64,000 bases of DNA from contig NZ_PAQR01000043.1 in NCBI RefSeq assembly GCF_002709775.1, positions 15,192 to 79,191 on the forward strand, read 5' to 3'. This DNA is from Thalassospira sp. (GTDB taxonomy: Bacteria > Pseudomonadota > Alphaproteobacteria > Rhodospirillales > Thalassospiraceae). How positions within the stretch are numbered: the first letter of the stretch is position 1; each line of letters begins with the position of its first letter. Positions 18,645-28,468 of the stretch are shown here, piece by piece. Made by a program: the position numbers and the translations under genes. The notes beneath the pieces were generated by a model that saw nothing but the letters and a program-made list of their open reading frames with translations, did no database searches and was not told where the DNA came from.

Positions 18645-19688
18645 TTACAGGGAATGCAGCCATTTTTCATATCGGGTATCGCGTTCTTCGTCGCTGGCAT
18701 CCGGAATGCTTTTCCGTCCGGCCTGCGCATTACGGCGAAAATCGCCCGGCGTCATGTCGTACTTTTCGCGAAACGCACGGATGAAGCTGGTGTCGCTGGC
18801 AAAGCCGCATTCAAGGGCAATGTCATAAAGTGACCGGTTGCGTTCAGCTGGCGAGCCCAGCAACGACATGGCGTGGCGCAGGCGTAAGTCCCGGATAAAG
18901 CGATAAACCCCGCCGTGATCTTCCATCAACTGATAAAGCTTGGATCGCGAAATCCCCAATTCACGCGCTGCGCGGTCTGGTGTCAGATCCGGGGACTTGA
19001 AGTTCTTGCGGAAATATTGGCGGATCAGGGCCATGGTTTCGAGGTTTTGTCTTTGATGGGCCGTTTCGGATGTTCCGCCGTGGGTCGCGTTCAGGCAGGT
19101 GGCCAGGACTTCGACAAAACTGTTTTCAAGGACGCTGGCCTGCTCCGGGCTGAAGGAATGTGCGTTTTCCTTAAAGGACAGCATCATGCTGGCAAGAATG
19201 CGCACCATCGGATCACGCGGGCTTAGGAAACGCATATTGTGATCTTCGGGAAGGGTCAGGCGGTTCTCAAGCAGCTTGCGGGGAAAGATCATGACAAGGT
19301 TGTCGAAATCTGTCGTGACGGCCGTTGCAACCTGTGAAAGGTCCTGAAACAGCAACCCGCCCTGGGCAAGGCTTCCGCCGTCCTTGCCTTCTTCTGACGA
19401 CATGCCGCCGCCGTGAAAATACTGCACCATATAATGGTCCATGCCGTCGGCTGCGATTGCCGACGGGCTGCGTTTCCAGAACTGATGTTTGCTGATTGTC
19501 CGGGCCAGCATCATCGAGCCCATCAGATCGGCATCCAGTGTCGCATGGAAATCGTTCTTGCGGATGTCGGGAACGGTTTCGACATCAAAGATGCAATCAA
19601 TGCTGCTTTTCCAGATGTCGTATCGCACTGACATCGGAAGGTCATTGACCGTAAAAAAGGTGTGGGTGTTCTGTGGTGTGTCTGTCAT
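18645..19688 (-). CDS. AraC-family regulator (FeaR-like N-terminal domain)
   Basis: C-terminal double HTH (LTPDRAARELGISRSKLYQL; IALECGFASDTSFIRAFREKYDMTP). Confidence 0.92.
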   Translation of the reverse strand: MTDTPQNTHTFFTVNDLPMSVRYDIWKSSIDCIFDVETVPDIRKNDFHATLDADLMGSMMLARTISKHQFWKRSPSAIAADGMDHYMVQYFHGGGMSSEEGKDGGSLAQGGLLFQDLSQVATAVTTDFDNLVMIFPRKLLENRLTLPEDHNMRFLSPRDPMVRILASMMLSFKENAHSFSPEQASVLENSFVEVLATCLNATHGGTSETAHQRQNLETMALIRQYFRKNFKSPDLTPDRAARELGISRSKLYQLMEDHGGVYRFIRDLRLRHAMSLLGSPAERNRSLYDIALECGFASDTSFIRAFREKYDMTPGDFRRNAQAGRKSIPDASDEERDTRYEKWLHSL

Positions 19689-19951
19689 GCCTGATCCCCG
19701 GTTTTGCTTCAAAAGCAAACAACGCTACTTGCGCCGGTCAATTCTGGTGTCGAACGTTAAGGTCGAACAACTCCATAAGTTTTGTATAATATGACTAGTC
19801 CTTCCTGCCCGTCAAAGGCCAAAAAGTATAGTTTCGCCTCTAAACTGGGTCACAAATGTTAGTATTTCGTAACGTCAATAGCTTGGCAGTGTTGGCCCTA
19901 GCCAAAAGAACAAGCCAATCAGGTGTTTGCCTTATCATAACCGGTCAATTT

Positions 19952-19979
19952 TGGACGCTATGCATATTCTTTTGGACGC
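19952..19979 (+). promoter_or_regulatory. Putative AraC-type operator 1 (21-bp-spaced direct repeat)
   Basis: TTTTGGACGC at 19949 and 19970. The second copy gives TTGGAC (19972-77), 17 bp before TGCAAT (19995-20000). Confidence 0.65.
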
Positions 19980-20102
19980 CTCGTACATCGCGACTGCAAT
20001 CACCATGTTAGACTTATAAAAAATTTGCCCGTCCCCTGATCAGAACAAAATAACGAGGGCCGGTGCTATCAGTGTGACGTGATATTTTCTCTGGGGGAGA
20101 AT

Positions 20103-20585
20103 ATGGACCTTATTGAGGTGCCGTCAGCGCGGCCAAAATCGCGCACGGAAAAACGTGATCGTGATCGCGTGGAAAGGGCAATGCCGTCAAAGGCGCCTGA
20201 AGCGAAAGCCACGAGAACTCACAGCAACAATTCATCCGAATTCGCCAATGCGGGATTTGGCGGACCTGATTGCGAGACACTTGCGCCGCTTGCGCGGATG
20301 ATCCTTGTGCTTGAGGGCATCCGGTCCTGTGCCAATGACAAGGTATTGTCCGCAGTTAAGGGTGACGCCGGTAAAGTCGACGGTGAGGGCAAAAGTGCGT
20401 CCACGCAGTCCGAGGCCAAAACAGGTTGGGCTCCTGGCCTTCTGGCAGATATGCGGTCCATGTTTGAACGTGACTGGACTCCGGATCCGATCCGGCGCGA
20501 CAGTGCGAAGCTGTTTGGCGCGACCATCATCCCGGTTAATGACACAAAATCTTTGGCCGACCGTACGGAAACACTGCGAAGCTAG
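20103..20585 (+). CDS. Hypothetical orphan protein
   Basis: ORF with GGGGAGA Shine-Dalgarno before ATG 20103. No recognisable domain. Confidence 0.6.
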   Translation: MDLIEVPSARPKSRTEKRDRDRVERAMPSKAPEAKATRTHSNNSSEFANAGFGGPDCETLAPLARMILVLEGIRSCANDKVLSAVKGDAGKVDGEGKSASTQSEAKTGWAPGLLADMRSMFERDWTPDPIRRDSAKLFGATIIPVNDTKSLADRTETLRS

Positions 20586-20677
20586 TTTTCCAAAGCTGCA
20601 TCGCGTGCGCGAGGCGTGCGGTCGCAGCGTCAAGAAACAATGTCAGAGCGTTTTAGGAGTGCATTTCGTCCATTTTC

Positions 20678-20705
20678 TGGATGATTTGCATATCTATTTG
20701 GATGA
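20678..20705 (+). promoter_or_regulatory. Putative AraC-type operator 2
   Basis: TGGATGA at 20678 and 20699 (21 bp apart), with TGCATAT at the same offset as in operator 1. Confidence 0.6.
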
Positions 20706-20803
20706 ATTGTGCATTACGACAATAAAATCCAAAGTAGAATTACTCGCAATAATAAGACACATGTCCGTTCACAGAGTGGGAAGATCTGCGTTCATGTAAG
20801 GAC

Positions 20804-21424
20804 ATGAATATCAGTGAAGCTTTATATTGTTCTCTGGGGTTAGAGATGATGTCTTGTGTACCACATCCGGCACGCCGGAAGGGAGAAGCCAATTGTCGTG
20901 GTCCAGGCCGCGATTGGGGGCCAAGTAGCCATATTCTTCCCGGACGTCGCGTGAATGAGCCCAATCATCAGGCTTGGCAGTATCTGGTCGAAAGTGACAC
21001 TCACGACGATGAGCCTTTTGAATCCGGGGCTGACGGTTTTTTTTCCGATTACATTGACGAAGCTTCGGTCGCCGTAACGCGAACCTTCGAAGACAGCTTC
21101 AGAATGCTGAAGTCGGTGATGGAAATGATGGCCTTTATCGAAGGTCTTCGTGTCATGCGCCATGACGGGGCGGTTGCCCCCAAAGCGGATAAACGGCTTG
21201 AGCGTCTCAGCAATGATAGTTTTGCCAACAAGAAAGACCAAAATTCGTCGCAGGACCGCAGCGGTTGGTCATCGGAATTCATGGTTCAGCTTCACAATAT
21301 GTGTGCAAGTGGGCAGAAAACGCGACCTGATCATCTCAACGTCACTGAGTGCTATGGAACCTATCTCGAACCTGAGCACGAGATTTTGCCGCCAAAGTCA
21401 CCCGTGACGAGATACAAAAACTAG
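20804..21424 (+). CDS. Hypothetical orphan protein (start uncertain)
   Basis: 206-codon ORF filling the gap before a convergent gene. No recognisable domain. Confidence 0.5.
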   Translation: MNISEALYCSLGLEMMSCVPHPARRKGEANCRGPGRDWGPSSHILPGRRVNEPNHQAWQYLVESDTHDDEPFESGADGFFSDYIDEASVAVTRTFEDSFRMLKSVMEMMAFIEGLRVMRHDGAVAPKADKRLERLSNDSFANKKDQNSSQDRSGWSSEFMVQLHNMCASGQKTRPDHLNVTECYGTYLEPEHEILPPKSPVTRYKN

Positions 21425-21449
21425 GTTCCCGATTTGACGAAAACCGGCC

Positions 21450-22250
21450 TTAGCGGAAATAGCCGCCCGGTGTGCGCCCCGTGGCCTTGCGAAACATCGC
21501 GATAAAGGCCGACGGTGTTTCGTAACCGAGATCAAGGGCGATTTCGGTCACCGGTCGGTCATTGGCAAGCTTTTCCAAAGCATGCAGCAGGCGAAGCTTT
21601 TGCCGCCATTCGCGAAATGGCATGCCGGTTTCGCGTTGAAACAGGCGTGCCAATGTGCGGCTCGACGCGCCACAAATCTTCGCCCAATCTTCAAGCGTGC
21701 GGTTATCGGCCGGATCGCCTTGCAAATGATCGCAAATGCGCGCCAATCGGGCATCCTTGGGGGCGGGCAGGTGAAGCTTGTCCTGATCAGGTGCCTTGAT
21801 CTGATCCAGCAATACGCGGATCAGACGGCCTTCTTCGCCATCCTCATCATATTCGACCGGTATTTCTGTAGCCGCGCGGATCAGTTCACGCAAAAGCGGG
21901 CTGACTTCCAGAACCATGCAGCGATCAGGCAGGCTGGCTGCAACATCCCGGCCAATATAAAGGTGGCGCGCCCGGGTAAAACCAGCACAGGTCACCGCGT
22001 GCTGCGTATGGGGTGGGACCCAGACGGCACGCTGTGGCGGCACGATCCACATCCCGGCTTCGGTCACCACGGTCATGGTGCCTTCAAGCGCATATAAAAG
22101 CTGGTTCCAGTCATGGCTGTGGGCTGCAACGTGGTAGCCAGCGGGCATGTCACTGACCCGGACATATACCGCGCGCGGCAATGCACGGGGGCGCGGGACC
22201 TTGTTGTGATGTTCCGGACGCCCGTCAAAGGTATTGAGGATATGAATCAT
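21450..22250 (-). CDS. AraC-family regulator with cupin sensor domain (NimR/RipA-like)
   Basis: HSHDWNQLLYA cupin, WIVPPQRAVWVP, and HTH SSRTLARLF...ALDLGYETPSAFIAMFRK. Confidence 0.92.
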   Translation of the reverse strand: MIHILNTFDGRPEHHNKVPRPRALPRAVYVRVSDMPAGYHVAAHSHDWNQLLYALEGTMTVVTEAGMWIVPPQRAVWVPPHTQHAVTCAGFTRARHLYIGRDVAASLPDRCMVLEVSPLLRELIRAATEIPVEYDEDGEEGRLIRVLLDQIKAPDQDKLHLPAPKDARLARICDHLQGDPADNRTLEDWAKICGASSRTLARLFQRETGMPFREWRQKLRLLHALEKLANDRPVTEIALDLGYETPSAFIAMFRKATGRTPGGYFR

Positions 22251-22405
22251 GATGCGCTGACATTCAAAACTGTCTTGATTGCGATATATGATGGCAGATT
22301 AACGCAAGACAGACGGATCGGACAGGTTTAACTTGGTCGCATTCCAAAACGCACAAGATGTGACACGGTCATCGCCACCAAAGTGACCCTGTCCCGGGAG
22401 ATAAA

Positions 22406-23674
22406 ATGTCCAAGGAAATCATACCGGAGGCCAGCAATCACGCCGCCCCACTTGGTGATGCCACCGGCGCGCCCATAGCTCCGGTCTATAAGGGATGGCG
22501 CAATCCGGAAGTTCTGCTGATCGTGATGGCGGCTGCCATGCCACTGTCCTTTTCGACCTGGATGGCGCTTTTAAACAACTTTTCGGTCGAGATGGCCGAT
22601 TTTACCGGGCGCGAGATCGGCATCCTGCAGTCGCTGCGCGAAATTCCGGGCTTCCTTGCCTTTACCGCGATCTTTGTCCTGCTGATCCTGCGTGAACAGA
22701 CATTTGCCGTTATCTCGTTGCTGGTGCTTGGCATTGGGGTTGCGATCTCGGGCTATTTCCCGACCGTGATTGGGCTTTATTGCACAACGGTTCTGATGTC
22801 GATCGGCTTCCATTATTTTGAAACCATGCAGCAGGCCTTGTCCCTGCAATGGGTGCGCAAGGACCGCACGGCGATGGTGATGGGGCGGCAGCTTTCGGCC
22901 AAGTCGATCTCGTCGCTGGTGATGTTTGGCATTGTCTGGGTGATGCTTGAAGTCTTTGATGTCGAGTATCGCTATGTCTATTTGCTTGGCGGGGCGCTGA
23001 CGATCATCGCAGCCCTGTTTGTCTGGGGGGCTTTCCCGAAATTCTCCGATGCCCATCCGCAAACCAAGAAGCTGATCCTGCGCAAACGCTATTGGTTGTA
23101 TTACGCCCTGACCTTCATGAGTGGCGCGCGCCGTCAGATCTTTACCGTTTTTGCCGGCTTCCTGATGGTGGAAAAGTTCGGATATGATGCAGCCACCATC
23201 ACCCTGCTTTATCTGGTGAACCATGTGATCAACATGTTCCTGGCACCCAAGATCGGCAAGATGATCGGCAAATGGGGTGAACGCCGTGCGCTGGTATTTG
23301 AATATGCAGGTCTGTTCATCGTTTTCGTCTCTTACGCCTTTGTCGAAAACCATGTGCTGGCCGGTGGACTTTATGTGATTGATCACCTGTTCTTTGCCCT
23401 GGCGATCGCCATCAAGACATATTTCCAGAAGATCGCCGATCCAGCGGATATTTCCTCGACCGCCGGGGTCAGCTTTACAATCAACCATATCGCGGCTGTC
23501 TTCATCCCGGCCGCCTTCGGGTTGCTGTGGCTGATTTCACCGGGTGCGGTATTCCTGGCCGGTGCTGCCATGGCCTTTGTCTCATTGGTTCTGGCGCTTA
23601 ACGTTCCGCATGATCCGGAACCGGGCAATGAGGTTGTGCGCGGCTATAAGTCGACCACGCTGCAGCCTGCCTGA
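22406..23674 (+). CDS. MFS transporter
   Basis: About twelve TM segments; QSLREIPGFLAF, RRQIFTVFAGFLMV, SFTINHIAAV. Confidence 0.88.
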   Translation: MSKEIIPEASNHAAPLGDATGAPIAPVYKGWRNPEVLLIVMAAAMPLSFSTWMALLNNFSVEMADFTGREIGILQSLREIPGFLAFTAIFVLLILREQTFAVISLLVLGIGVAISGYFPTVIGLYCTTVLMSIGFHYFETMQQALSLQWVRKDRTAMVMGRQLSAKSISSLVMFGIVWVMLEVFDVEYRYVYLLGGALTIIAALFVWGAFPKFSDAHPQTKKLILRKRYWLYYALTFMSGARRQIFTVFAGFLMVEKFGYDAATITLLYLVNHVINMFLAPKIGKMIGKWGERRALVFEYAGLFIVFVSYAFVENHVLAGGLYVIDHLFFALAIAIKTYFQKIADPADISSTAGVSFTINHIAAVFIPAAFGLLWLISPGAVFLAGAAMAFVSLVLALNVPHDPEPGNEVVRGYKSTTLQPA

Positions 23675-23827
23675 TTGGCAGAACTGTTCAATATCGGAAA
23701 CGCCTGCCCCTTGTGGCAGGCGTTTCTGTTTGTGTTTGCCTTGTCTTTTTCGCAAAATCTTCAAAACCCCGCCACTTAAACGGGACTACAGTTTCGCAGT
23801 TTCACGCATAAGCAGGGATAGGGCCCA

Positions 23828-25789
23828 ATGGCATATTTCAACAAAAGAGCTGCCCGCATTGCCGGGATTTCAACGGTACTGGCACTCGTAAGCAGCACGG
23901 CCCTGGCCGATAGCACGGTATCGCTGCGTATTCTCGAAACGACCGACATCCACACGCATCTGGTCAATTATGACTATTACCGCGATGGCGCGTCTGACAC
24001 GGTTGGTCTGGCAAAGGTCGCGACCTTGCTCAAGACCGCGCGCGGCGAAGCAGACAACGTTGTCTTTATCGACAATGGTGACCTGATCCAGGGCAACCCG
24101 CTTGGCGATTACATGGCCAAGGAACGGGGGCTTGAGGATGGCGATGTTCATCCGGTCTATAAGGCGATGAACCTGCTTGATTATGATGCCGCCAATATCG
24201 GCAACCACGAATTCAATTACGGCCTCGATTTTCTTGGCAAGTCGCTGGCTGGCGCGAACTTCCCCTATGTCAGTGCCAATGTCTTTGTCGATGACGGCGA
24301 TGGCAATCCCGATAACGACAAGCCGTATTTCGAGCCCTATGTGCTGCTGGATCGCGAATTCACCGATAGCGACGGCAAGGTGCATAAAGCCAAGGTCGGC
24401 GTGATCGGCTTTGTCCCGCCGCAAATCATGCAATGGGACAAGGCCAACCTTGAAGGCAAGGTGATCGCCAAGGACATCATCGAAATGGCCGAAAAATACG
24501 TTCCGGAAATGCGTGAAAAGGGCGCGGATATCGTCATCGCCGTCCCGCATTCGGGGCTTTCGACCATGGCGCGCAACGGTATGGAAGAAAATGCCACCTA
24601 TTACCTGTCCGAGGTCGATGGCATCGATGCCATCCTGTTTGGTCATGCTCATACGGTATTCCCGTCCGAAAACTTTGCCGATCTTGACGGTGTTGATCTG
24701 GCCAAGGGCACGATCAATGGTGTTGCTGCAGTGATGCCGGGCTTCTGGGGCAGTCATTTGGGGGTAATTGACCTGACGCTGAATGTCACTGATGACGGCG
24801 AATGGAGTGTTACTGACAGCCTGTCTGACGCACGTCCGATCTATCAACGCGAAGGCCGCACCGTGACCCCGCTGGTAGAAGCCGATCCGGAAATCATTGC
24901 CGCAGTCCAGGAAGAGCACGAAGCAACCATCGCCTATATGCGCGAAGGGGTCGGCACAACATCCGCCCCGATCAACAGCTTCTTTGCGCTGGTGGCCGAT
25001 GATCCGTCGATCCAGATCGTGACCAATGCCCAGAAATGGTATCTTGAGAAAATCCTGAACGGGTCGGAATATGATGGCATCCCGATCCTGTCGGCCGGTG
25101 CGCCGTTCAAGGCCGGTGGTCGCGGTGGTCCGGACTATTTCACCGACATCCCCGAAGGCCAGATTGCGCTTAAAAACGTTGCCGATCTTTACATCTATCC
25201 CAACACCGTGCGTGCGGTATTGCTTGATGGCGATCAGGTGCGTGAATGGCTTGAAATGTCAGCCGGCCAGTTCAACCAGATTGACCCGAATAGCCGCGAA
25301 GAACAGGTGCTGATCAATCCGGACTTCCCGACCTATAATTATGATGTGATTGACGGGGTGACCTATGAAATCGATGTCACCAAGCCAGCGCGCTACAACA
25401 AGGCGGGCGAGGTGATCAATGCCGATAGTCACCGCATCACTAATCTGAATTTCGAGGGCAAACCGGTCACCGCCGATCAGAAGTTTGTCGTTGCGACCAA
25501 CAACTATCGCGCAGGCGGTGGCGGTAACTTCCCGGGGCTTGATGGATCAACCATCATTGTCGAGGCGCCTGATGAAAACCGCACGGTGCTTGCCAACTAT
25601 ATCCTGACCGAAAAGGAAATTGATCCGCAAGCCGATGGCAACTGGACCTTCGCCCCAATTGGCGAGGCATCCAATGTCACCTTTGTGACCAGCCCCAAGG
25701 CATCCTCGGCGATCAATGCACCCGATAATATCAGCTTCGTTGGTGAAGACGCGGAAGGCTTTGCCAAATACGTGCTGCAAACCCGGTAA
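23828..25789 (+). CDS. cpdB: 2',3'-cyclic-nucleotide 2'-phosphodiesterase / 3'-nucleotidase (periplasmic)
   Basis: Signal peptide, ETTDIH, DNGDLIQG, GNHEFNYG, PHSG, GHAH, and a 5'-nucleotidase C-domain (YIYPNT, TNNYRAGGGG). Confidence 0.94.
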   Translation: MAYFNKRAARIAGISTVLALVSSTALADSTVSLRILETTDIHTHLVNYDYYRDGASDTVGLAKVATLLKTARGEADNVVFIDNGDLIQGNPLGDYMAKERGLEDGDVHPVYKAMNLLDYDAANIGNHEFNYGLDFLGKSLAGANFPYVSANVFVDDGDGNPDNDKPYFEPYVLLDREFTDSDGKVHKAKVGVIGFVPPQIMQWDKANLEGKVIAKDIIEMAEKYVPEMREKGADIVIAVPHSGLSTMARNGMEENATYYLSEVDGIDAILFGHAHTVFPSENFADLDGVDLAKGTINGVAAVMPGFWGSHLGVIDLTLNVTDDGEWSVTDSLSDARPIYQREGRTVTPLVEADPEIIAAVQEEHEATIAYMREGVGTTSAPINSFFALVADDPSIQIVTNAQKWYLEKILNGSEYDGIPILSAGAPFKAGGRGGPDYFTDIPEGQIALKNVADLYIYPNTVRAVLLDGDQVREWLEMSAGQFNQIDPNSREEQVLINPDFPTYNYDVIDGVTYEIDVTKPARYNKAGEVINADSHRITNLNFEGKPVTADQKFVVATNNYRAGGGGNFPGLDGSTIIVEAPDENRTVLANYILTEKEIDPQADGNWTFAPIGEASNVTFVTSPKASSAINAPDNISFVGEDAEGFAKYVLQTR

Positions 25790-25815
25790 CAGGTTACAGC
25801 CAAAATCATCCAATG

Positions 25816-25847
25816 AAAAAAGCCGCCCGGGTATTGGGCGGCTTTTT
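25816..25847. terminator. Bidirectional rho-independent terminator
   Basis: AAAAAAGCCGCCC-GGGTATT-GGGCGGCTTTTT. Confidence 0.85.
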
Positions 25848-25889
25848 GCTTTTCGCAGCTTTCCGGAAACGTACCCGAATGAAAGCAGG

Positions 25890-26330
25890 TTATTTCTTGT
25901 TGGCTGCCTGCGGGCCTTTGCCGCCAGCGCCACCCTGCTGTGCAGGGGGATTGTCTTCGCGCGGGTTCTTGCCGTTCAGGTAAGCCTGCGCGCAATGCTC
26001 GTCGCAATAGGGCTTGCTCGGCACGATTTTCTTGCCGCAGAAATGGAAATCATCATCACCCGGATCGCCAAACGGCCAACGGCACATGCCCGGGCCCAGA
26101 TCAAAGATCGAAATGCCTTTGGTCTGCTGTTTGGGAGCCGGTGCCTTTTTCTGTTCTGCTTCCTCGGCACGGCGCTGGATCGGGGACGGGCGCTTGGGCA
26201 GCCCAAGGCGATGTGCCTTGCCAACGACGGCATTCTTGCCGACGCCGAGTTCCTCACCGATGCGTGCCGTGGTCCAGCCCTGATTCCAGAGCGAGGTCAG
26301 CAATTCAATCTTTTCCGGCGTCCAGCTCAT
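25890..26330 (-). CDS. gcrA: GcrA cell-cycle regulator family protein
   Basis: MSWTPEKIELLTSLWNQG...GKNAVVGKAHRLGL and the C-terminal CRWPFGDP...FHFCG...PYCDEH. Confidence 0.92.
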   Translation of the reverse strand: MSWTPEKIELLTSLWNQGWTTARIGEELGVGKNAVVGKAHRLGLPKRPSPIQRRAEEAEQKKAPAPKQQTKGISIFDLGPGMCRWPFGDPGDDDFHFCGKKIVPSKPYCDEHCAQAYLNGKNPREDNPPAQQGGAGGKGPQAANKK

Positions 26331-26528
26331 TTCGAGTATATTCCGTATTTCTTTGTCTGCCGTCGAAGTATTCCACGGCAAGGGCTTGTTGTTCGATGTC
26401 AAACAGGGATACAGAGGTATCGCCTAATATCGTGTAACGCAAGGGTCTTGGAGATTCGCATCCCGTCCCGTCTGCGCGAACAGGGCAATTTGCATGTTGA
26501 AGCCACAATGTAAAGAGGGGATCTTGTT

Positions 26529-27191
26529 TTGACCGGGTTTTTCATCGCCATTGCGGTTTTCCTGGCAGGCCACATTATACCCGGCCTGCTGCGCGAAAGG
26601 CTTGTCGGTCTCATCGGCTATCGTCCCTATATTGTCGGCTTCTCGATCCTGTCGATTTTCCTGTTTGGCTGGGTGGTTCACGAGGTTCTGGTCGCGGAGT
26701 CGTTTTTGCTCTGGGATCATCAAACCTGGCAGGCACAGCTTCTTATTGTTGTGATGTTGCCTGCCTGTATTTTGTGGGCCTGTGCCATTCTTCAACCCTG
26801 TCCGCTGTCGATCGGCCGAAAAACCGGGTTTGATCCGGCAAGGCCCGGCATCAACGGGTTTTGTCGACATCCGCTATTGCTCGGCATGATCATCTGGGGG
26901 ATCGGCCACATGATTGCCAATGGGGATCTGGTCGCGGTCCTGTTCTTTGGCGGCAGTGCAGCTTTTGCCCTGATCGGTTTCTGGCGGATGGAAAAAATCC
27001 GTCTGCGCGATATCACGCCGGATCAACGCGCGATCTGGCTGGAGGCGACCCGGCGTTTTGCACCGTCCGGCTTGCTGCGCGTTGCGGTCCGCTGGCAGGA
27101 CCTTCTGGCAGGTATCATTCTTTATGTCATTTTGCTTGGCGGGCACGGCCATGTGATTGGCGTGGATCCGCGCATGATGGCGGGCTGGTAA
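26529..27191 (+). CDS. nnrU: NnrU-family membrane protein
   Basis: LRERLVGLIG...Y...SILS, RHPLLLGMIIWGIGHMIANGDL. TTG start after AGAGGGG. Confidence 0.75.
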   Translation: MTGFFIAIAVFLAGHIIPGLLRERLVGLIGYRPYIVGFSILSIFLFGWVVHEVLVAESFLLWDHQTWQAQLLIVVMLPACILWACAILQPCPLSIGRKTGFDPARPGINGFCRHPLLLGMIIWGIGHMIANGDLVAVLFFGGSAAFALIGFWRMEKIRLRDITPDQRAIWLEATRRFAPSGLLRVAVRWQDLLAGIILYVILLGGHGHVIGVDPRMMAGW

Positions 27192-27317
27192 CGCACTTCT
27201 TATTGCAACGCTTGTCAGGCAAGGCTTTGACAGGGATACTGTGGGTCACGGCGCAGGGCATCTGCGCTGGCCGCTTTGCCGTGTTGGATGGCAAAGGGCA
27301 GTTTCAAGCGAGGTAAC

Positions 27318-27779
27318 ATGACGTCTCCTCAACTTGCGAGCAGTCTGGCCAAATTTGCCGAAATGGAAGGCCGTCATCCGCGGCTTCTGCTGGCAACCGC
27401 ATCCTCTGTTGAAGAAAAGCACGACAAACATGTCGCAACCCTGTTTGCCGACGGCGGGTTTGATGTGGATGTTGCCCCCCGTCATTCCGATGCGCAATCC
27501 ATTGCCCGGCAGGTGATTGATTGTGATGCGGATATGCTCGTTCTAATCAGAACATCCCTGACGGCTGAAGACCGGGTCAGTGTTGCCGATCTGATTTCGT
27601 CGCTGGATGCGCTTGATGCTGCATATGTCAAAGTCGGCATTGTTGGCCATGCCGATGATCCGGCAGCCGGCAATGTTGATTTTATCTGTGATCTTGAACA
27701 TCTGCAGACAAGCGATTGCGAAGCGCTGATTGACTATATTTTGGCAGTTGAAGAAGGCCGGGTTGCACAACATATTTAG
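27318..27779 (+). CDS. Stand-alone homologue of the methylmalonyl-CoA mutase C-terminal (B12-binding) domain with a degenerate motif
   Basis: KFAEMEGRHPRLLLA and ATLFADGGFDVDV...ARQVIDCDAD match the mutase C-domain. DGHDRG is replaced by EKHDKH. Confidence 0.7.
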   Translation: MTSPQLASSLAKFAEMEGRHPRLLLATASSVEEKHDKHVATLFADGGFDVDVAPRHSDAQSIARQVIDCDADMLVLIRTSLTAEDRVSVADLISSLDALDAAYVKVGIVGHADDPAAGNVDFICDLEHLQTSDCEALIDYILAVEEGRVAQHI

Positions 27780-27892
27780 AACATTGATAAAATCCGGTTA
27801 AAACCGGGGCAATGTTTTCGAAACCCTTTGGGCGCATAATGATGCACAATAGTTGCACCCCCGGACGGGCTGTTTAATCAAGGGATGAATGT

Positions 27893-28375
27893 ATGGGATT
27901 GCTCAAGGAAACGCTGATGCGCGTCTTTGTCGGCAAAAAAGGCCGGGATGCGATTCAGGCATATAATGACGCACAATCCCTTCATGTGCGCGACAGTGCG
28001 ACGGCGGAAAAGACTGCCGCACAGGCACGTCAGGCACGCCGCATCGAAGACCGCGCCCTTGCCCATCAGGACGAGGGCATGTCGCTTGAAGAAGCCCGCG
28101 CACTTGCCCTTGCCGAAACCCTGACCGAACAGGCCGATGCCCCGCATACCGAAATCATGAAGGCGCTCAATGCCGCCGATGCCAAGCTTGGCAAAAAGAA
28201 AAGCAAAATCTCAACGCCCGAGGACGAACGCCGTCAGGAACTGATTTCCGAGGCGGTCAAGGCATTGCGCAGCAAGCAAGGCGATCTTGACAAGCTTGAT
28301 CCGGATCTTCGTGCCAAACTGACCGTCATGGCGGTGGGTGCCCTGATGGGCGGGCCGAACACGCCGCGTCAGTAA
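27893..28375 (+). CDS. Hypothetical helical protein
   Basis: ORF with host codon usage, followed by a terminator. Confidence 0.8.
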   Translation: MGLLKETLMRVFVGKKGRDAIQAYNDAQSLHVRDSATAEKTAAQARQARRIEDRALAHQDEGMSLEEARALALAETLTEQADAPHTEIMKALNAADAKLGKKKSKISTPEDERRQELISEAVKALRSKQGDLDKLDPDLRAKLTVMAVGALMGGPNTPRQ

Positions 28376-28394
28376 ACCGCAAGGTCGATGGTCG

Positions 28395-28435
28395 AAAAAA
28401 CAGATGGCACCACCCGGTCGGGCTGGTGCCTTTTT
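28395..28435. terminator. Bidirectional rho-independent terminator
   Basis: GGCACCA/TGGTGCC stem with A and T runs, between convergent genes. Confidence 0.7.
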
Positions 28436-28468
28436 GTTTGCCGTGATCAAAAAACGACGGGGTGGGGC

